NCBI GenBank assembly: GCA_963674705.1
Contig: OY771506.1
Location: forward strand, 576,001 to 640,000
Source: Phycisphaeraceae bacterium
GTDB taxonomy: Bacteria > Planctomycetota > Phycisphaerae > Phycisphaerales > Phycisphaeraceae
Direction of reading: 5' to 3'
Length of the DNA: 64,000 nt
Part shown: in pieces, positions 59,143 through 64,000 of the stretch
Layout of the letters: every line of letters starts with the position of its first letter
Numbering within the stretch: the stretch's first letter is position 1
Notes under the pieces: model-generated
What the model was told of the DNA's origin: nothing
What the model saw: only the letters and a program-made list of their open reading frames with translations
Database searches by the model: none
Position numbers and translations under genes: made by a program

Positions 59143-59171
59143 ACTATATCGGCGCATCGGCCGATGTGCAA
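59143..59171 (-). promoter_or_regulatory. Sigma70-type promoter of the tRNA operon, with a dyad in the spacer
   Basis: TTGCAC-N17-TATAGT; near-palindrome GCGCATCGGCCGATGTGC at 59152-59169. Confidence 0.65.
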
Positions 59172-59281
59172 CAGTAAATACGCGAATTCATGCAAAATTA
59201 TTGCAGCGCGTCGTCATAAGTTTAATAAATTGAGATTCTGGAGGAAAAAAAGTTGACGATTGGATCTATGAAAAAAGCATT

Positions 59282-59376
59282 TTAGCCACAGATGAACACA
59301 GATGAACACAGATAAGAATCAAATACATGGATTCATTCTGTTTGAATCCGTGTTTATCTGTGTTCATCGGTGGCAA
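59282..59376. repeat. MITE-like element with (GATGAACACR)n inverted arms
   Basis: Same arms as 54381-54549. Confidence 0.8.
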
Positions 59377-59407
59377 ATAGATTGGCTTTGATTAGCAGGA
59401 TGCATAC

Positions 59408-61156
59408 TTAGCCGATGATCTTGCGACGGTTGTTGACATAGTCCCACAGGACGTAGCGATCGAGGTCATGGCCGCCGGTGAAAAAGACGCGGCCGCTGGT
59501 TGCCTGGGCCATGCGTTGAGCGAAGCGCACATCTTCTTCGGACTGGCTCCAACTCGGGACCAGAAATACATTGATCGTGATCTGTTCACGCGCGCAGGCC
59601 ATGGCTTCGCGCATAGTTGCTTCTTCCGTCAACGGGTCCGGTGGGTAAAGTAGGTAGAGCATGGAATCGTCGAAGTGCGCGGTGGGCAGGCCGTCGGTGA
59701 TGAGGATAATCTGCCGGTTGGGCGTATCTTGTGCGCCGAGGAATTGCCGGGCAAGACGGAAGCTGTGCTGGATATTCGTGAAGTGCGGCGGGACCATCGA
59801 TTCGGCCACATCTTCCCGGCTCATATCAACACGCAAACGGACAACCGGGTCATAGATTGTCACGGGCTTGGGCAATAACTGCGGGACTTCGGAAATGTGT
59901 TTGGGCTTGGCGAAGGTTGCCATTTCCAGGAACTGTAGATAATCGCCGGGGTATTCGCGACGGATCAGGCCGTCCATCGCCAAGGCCATGCGTTTGGCGT
60001 CGATGAACAGGCCGTCGTAACGCATCGATCCGGACATATCCATGATGATGCTGGTGGCACACTTGGGTGTGTTTCGCGTTTGATGGATTTCGATGTCTTC
60101 GGAACGGAGGTTGATGCGTCCTTTATTGGCGCCGGCTTCCCAGGGCGGCGGGTTGTTGGCGCGTTCACGGAGCATGGCGTTGATCATGGATTGGGGCACA
60201 TCCATGTGTGTCGGGGAGTCGCCGAATTCGTACGCCTTGGTGCGTGGCAACTCGACTGCGCCTTCACCTGTGACTTTGCCTTCGTGTCGGCCGGAACGTG
60301 AGGCTTCGAGGTCAGCGAAGATTTCCTGGAGCAGTTTGCCCTGGAAGGTGCGGTAGGCCTGTGGCGTGAGTAGATAGTTGCCCGCGTCATCGATCTCCAG
60401 GCCCTGGCGTTCGGCCATCTCGCGCATGTAGTCTTCGACCTGTTGTTGCAGGCCTTGCAGTTGTTCGATGTCAGCTTCCTGCACGAACTGCGCTAACGCT
60501 TCCATATCGATCAAGGCGACCTGCGCGTTTTCCATCGCTTCGCGCAACTGCTCCAGGAGTTGATCGATGGTTTCGAGTTCCTCTTTGACTTCAAGTGCGC
60601 GAGGGACATCCATGGGGACGCGGCCGGTGAAGTCGTAGTTGGCGTCGAGTTCTTCGACCTGGTACTTGTCGCCGAGGCGTTCGGTGATATTGAGAAGATC
60701 GGCGGCGAACGGCGGGTCGGAGCGTTCGACGCCGTACCATAAGCGTTCGAGGTCGCGTATCTGCTGGTCGCGGATAATCCGCATGAACGGTTTCTGAAAA
60801 CGCTTGGGTACACGCGCCTGCGTGGCAGCGTCCATGTATTCTTTTTCGGCTTCTTTGATTGCTTCCGAAGTTTCGTAGGTTTCGAGGATTTTACGCTTGC
60901 GCTCTTCGAGCATCTCGATCAGTGATTCGAGGCTCGGACCGAGGCCGGCGATCTGCGAAGGGTCGAGCATGATCGCGTTGGCCAACTCTTCGGGTGTTAG
61001 TCTGCGCAGCGAACCGAAACGCATCATATGATCGAACGCAGCCGAGGCGATGTCCGGCTCAGGCTGGCTCGGGCTGGGGAAACGCTTGGGGTCGAACTTC
61101 TGGTATGCGTGTATCAACCCGCCGAGCGGTCGTGATGGATGGTCTTTGTTACTCAT
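59408..61156 (-). CDS. VWA-domain protein (partner of the adjacent AAA+ ATPase)
   Basis: MIDAS DMSGSM, TNIQH, ILITDGLPT. Confidence 0.88.
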   Translation of the reverse strand: MSNKDHPSRPLGGLIHAYQKFDPKRFPSPSQPEPDIASAAFDHMMRFGSLRRLTPEELANAIMLDPSQIAGLGPSLESLIEMLEERKRKILETYETSEAIKEAEKEYMDAATQARVPKRFQKPFMRIIRDQQIRDLERLWYGVERSDPPFAADLLNITERLGDKYQVEELDANYDFTGRVPMDVPRALEVKEELETIDQLLEQLREAMENAQVALIDMEALAQFVQEADIEQLQGLQQQVEDYMREMAERQGLEIDDAGNYLLTPQAYRTFQGKLLQEIFADLEASRSGRHEGKVTGEGAVELPRTKAYEFGDSPTHMDVPQSMINAMLRERANNPPPWEAGANKGRINLRSEDIEIHQTRNTPKCATSIIMDMSGSMRYDGLFIDAKRMALAMDGLIRREYPGDYLQFLEMATFAKPKHISEVPQLLPKPVTIYDPVVRLRVDMSREDVAESMVPPHFTNIQHSFRLARQFLGAQDTPNRQIILITDGLPTAHFDDSMLYLLYPPDPLTEEATMREAMACAREQITINVFLVPSWSQSEEDVRFAQRMAQATSGRVFFTGGHDLDRYVLWDYVNNRRKIIG

Positions 61157-61166
61157 ATCGATTATT

Positions 61167-61358
61167 CACCGCGAAGGCGCGAAGAGCGCAAAGAGGAAAA
61201 TAAAAACGGCCACAGATGAACACGGATGGACACAGATGGACACAGATAGGAAATTCAATTTGATTCCGTGATTTGAATCCAAGTTCAAATCCGTGTTTAT
61301 CTGTGTTCATCGGTGGCTAATTCCTGGATTTCTTCGTGCTCTTCGCGCCTTCGCGGTT
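61167..61358. repeat. Nested inverted-repeat element
   Basis: Outer ACCGCGAAGGCGCGAAGAGC/GCTCTTCGCGCCTTCGCGGT arms enclose a GATGAACAC-arm element (61208-61320). Confidence 0.8.
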
Positions 61359-61361
61359 TAA

Positions 61362-62804
61362 TCAAGTCTCATACTCGATCCGGCCATGGCGTTCGGCTCT
61401 ACTAATACGGTCGGTAGCGTATAAACCTGCGAGCACAAATTCGACGCAGGAGGCGCGGACGGCTTCGTCCTCGGCCGGGTTCACTTCAAACGCTTTTTCC
61501 CAGGCCGGGGGTACGCGCTTTAATAGCTTGGCGTAGTGCGAACTGGGGAGCATGTCGCCGACTTCGATCTTGACGCCCTGCCCGAAGATGTCGGTGATTT
61601 CATCGAGGCCGTGCTCGTCGACGTATTCATCGAAGACGTCGCGGATCGCTTCGGCGGCGATGGCTTCGAGCACCTGGTGTTCGGTCATCTGGTGTGTGCC
61701 CATCATGTCGAGTTCGAGCTTGCCGAGGGCCGAGGCGTGGTAGTGCGACAGGTCGCTGATGCGCGGTACGGCCGGCGTCTCACCGATGCGGATCGCACGC
61801 TGACGCGCGCTAGCGATCATCGTGCGGTAGTTGGCGATGCTGAAACGTGCGGAGACACCGGAGGCCTGATCGACGTACTTGCTCTTGCGTGCAACGACCG
61901 CCATCTGTTCGCAGACTTCAGCCATGAAGCGCGGAACGATAACGGGGTACTTGCCTTCGGTTTCGATACCCGCTTCCTGGATCATGATCTCGACGCCAAG
62001 ATCGCGCCTGCGCGGGTAGTGGGTCTGGATCGTTGTGCCGATGCGGTCCTTGAGCTGCGGGATCACCTTGCCCGAGCGGTTGTATGTCTGCGGGTTGGCG
62101 CTGAACATGACGAAGACATCGATGTCGAAGCTGACGGGATAGCCGCGGATCTGCACGTCGCGTTCTTCGAGGATGTTGAACAGGCCTGTCTGCACGAGTT
62201 CATCAAGGTCGGGCACTTCGTTCATTGCGAAGATGCCGCGGTGCATGCGGGGGATGAGCCCGAAGTGCAGCGCCTCTTCGGCGGACATGCTCGAACCGGC
62301 GGCGAGCTTGGCGGGATCGATCTCACCGATCACATCGGCGAACTTCGTGCCCGGTGCGAGGCGCTCGGCGTAGCGCTCAGCGCGCGGCCACCAGGCGATG
62401 GGTGTGTCTTCATCACCGTGCTGAGCAACATACGCCCGGCCGGCGGAGGTGATCGGATGGTACGGGTCTTCATGCACGGGGCACCCGCCGTGGAAATCGG
62501 CCGGGATGTCGAGGTACGGCAAATACGGATCGAGGAAGTTGACCAGAAGGCGCATGAGCTTGCTCTTGGCCTGGCCCTTCTCGCCCATAAAGAGGATGTC
62601 GTGTCCGGCGAGGATCGCGTTGATCAGTTCGGGGATGACGGTGTCTTCATAGCCGATGATGCCGGGGAACAACTCGTCGCCGCGCTCGAGCGCAGCGATG
62701 AGGTTTTCCTGCAGTTCCTGCTTGACGGGCCGGCTCTTCCAGCCGCTTGCCCGCAGCTCGCCCAGGGTCGTGATCTGTGTGTTGGGGGTACTCATCGTTG
62801 TCAT
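61362..62804 (-). CDS. Magnesium-chelatase-like AAA+ ATPase
   Basis: GEKGQAKS Walker A variant, [28 protein letters not shown]. Confidence 0.88.
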   Translation of the reverse strand: MTTMSTPNTQITTLGELRASGWKSRPVKQELQENLIAALERGDELFPGIIGYEDTVIPELINAILAGHDILFMGEKGQAKSKLMRLLVNFLDPYLPYLDIPADFHGGCPVHEDPYHPITSAGRAYVAQHGDEDTPIAWWPRAERYAERLAPGTKFADVIGEIDPAKLAAGSSMSAEEALHFGLIPRMHRGIFAMNEVPDLDELVQTGLFNILEERDVQIRGYPVSFDIDVFVMFSANPQTYNRSGKVIPQLKDRIGTTIQTHYPRRRDLGVEIMIQEAGIETEGKYPVIVPRFMAEVCEQMAVVARKSKYVDQASGVSARFSIANYRTMIASARQRAIRIGETPAVPRISDLSHYHASALGKLELDMMGTHQMTEHQVLEAIAAEAIRDVFDEYVDEHGLDEITDIFGQGVKIEVGDMLPSSHYAKLLKRVPPAWEKAFEVNPAEDEAVRASCVEFVLAGLYATDRISRAERHGRIEYET

Positions 62805-62892
62805 GCCAGCATTTTAGGCATGCAAATCCCGGGCAAGACAAATACTCGAAAGAATAGGGGTTGGTCCGAAGTAGTAAGGGCCCAAACGCAGG

Positions 62893-64000
62893 TTACGGCC
62901 GCATTTCGGCTTGCAGTTTGAGTGCGGGCTTGAAGTCGGGGTCGATTGCAAGCACCTCGTCGATGATGGCGAGCATCTGCTCGTTGGCATCGGATGCCTC
63001 AATGTCGCGATCGAAGTACTTGAGCCAGACCGCCTTGGCCCAGATGCGGTGGATGCGTTCGTAGTGCTCGAAGCGCTGTGTTTCTTCTTGGTCAGCATTC
63101 ACAAGCATCGACGCGATGGATTGCGGACGGAACGGCCGGATGCCGGCGACGCGCTTGCCGAACTCATCATCGACGTTGAAGTTGTAATAGCTGACCGCGG
63201 ACATGAATTCGAGATACGGATGGTCATCGGTGTGCAGCAGGCCGTCACCGATGTACTGGTGGTAGCCCTCTTCATCAAGGTATAGGCAAAGCGGGATCTG
63301 TACCGGGTCCTGAATGCTGATCGCTTCAAGATCTCGCATGATCTTCGGCGAGGATGCGTAATCGCGGATGCGGTCCATATCGAAAGCCATAGGGCCCGGT
63401 GTGCCGATGAGGATGCCGAAGTTGGTCTGTGAATAGTCGATGTACCACAGCGACGCGTGCGGGAAGACGTCGCCAAACGTGCGAAGAAGCATCTTGAATT
63501 CTTCATCGCTGATCGCCATCATCGGTATCCACGCACAGGCGATGCCATCATCGCTTAGCCGATCCTTCATCAACTGGAAGTATTCGCGCGTGTAGAGCGA
63601 GCTGTTCTGGCGGTATTGCAGGTTGGTGACGTCGGTGGAGATGACATCGTACTTGCGGTCGCTGACCAGCAGGTGGTTGCGTGCATCGTTGAGGATAAGC
63701 TCGAAGTTCGGCTCATCAAGCACGCCGTGGTTTTGATTGGCAAAAAGCTTTGCGGAGCAGATCACCTCGGGCTCGATCTCTACGGCGGTCGCTTTGATGT
63801 CGTGTTGCGTCATGGACCAGGATGTGCCACCACTGCCGAAGCCGACCGTCAGCGCGGACTGTGGATCGGGATGCAACAGCAGCGGGATGTGCGCGAGCAT
63901 TTTGGCATCGATGGTCGAGTGCATGTGCGTGGACGCGACGTGCAGGCCGTCGATGTAAAGCGCGTTGAATGGTGCATCGGGCTCGGAGGCAAGCGTGACG
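62893..64000 (-). CDS. Spermidine-synthase-like SAM-dependent domain protein, 5'-partial
   Basis: VGFGSGGT, VEIEPEV, NDARN, YDVISTD, LYTREYF, TDDHP; frame open to the window edge. Confidence 0.85.
   Translation of the reverse strand, partial: VTLASEPDAPFNALYIDGLHVASTHMHSTIDAKMLAHIPLLLHPDPQSALTVGFGSGGTSWSMTQHDIKATAVEIEPEVICSAKLFANQNHGVLDEPNFELILNDARNHLLVSDRKYDVISTDVTNLQYRQNSSLYTREYFQLMKDRLSDDGIACAWIPMMAISDEEFKMLLRTFGDVFPHASLWYIDYSQTNFGILIGTPGPMAFDMDRIRDYASSPKIMRDLEAISIQDPVQIPLCLYLDEEGYHQYIGDGLLHTDDHPYLEFMSAVSYYNFNVDDEFGKRVAGIRPFRPQSIASMLVNADQEETQRFEHYERIHRIWAKAVWLKYFDRDIEASDANEQMLAIIDEVLAIDPDFKPALKLQAEMRP

Noticed and set aside
45944..59171. Prophage or ICE origin of the tRNA array
   Set aside because: No integrase, structural or conjugation genes and no att-like direct repeats seen in the window.
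54381..61358. GATGAACAC repeats as a CRISPR array
   Set aside because: They are inverted arm pairs at scattered sites, with no regular repeat-spacer period and no cas genes.
61536..62921. 461-aa plus-strand ORF (likewise 5112-6035 and 16641-17537)
   Set aside because: Antisense shadows of well-supported GC-rich genes.

Overview
Planctomycete-like DNA, probably Phycisphaerae (inferred from seven PEP-CTERM proteins, dockerin-like repeats and DUF1559-type prepilin/H-X9-DG proteins). About 0.2-45.7 kb is a carbohydrate/amino-sugar utilisation region with GH20, GH43, heparinase-like, NagA, RhaA/RhaB, LarA, ABC and SSS transporters, a ROK regulator and PEP-CTERM surface proteins. About 45.9-59.2 kb is a minus-strand tRNA operon: 31 tRNA genes covering all 20 amino acids plus an initiator, one tRNA-like RNA with no anticodon arm, none encoding CCA. 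It has a sigma70-type promoter, a leader ORF, a boxA-like site and a perfect 16-bp inverted repeat 11 kb apart. It also carries co-oriented genes (HNH nuclease, SEC-C protein, hypotheticals, MerR-HTH) and four antisense cargo genes that each end next to a tRNA 3' end. The strongest candidate for a new mechanism is the SEC-C gene (52234-52482), which reads as one intact 81-aa protein only after three successive +1 frameshifts, each at a C-TTT-Y Phe site; the same operon encodes an atypical G37 tRNA-Phe. 59.4-64 kb holds a VWA/AAA+ pair and a partial spermidine-synthase-like gene. All calls are by eye; no database searches were run.
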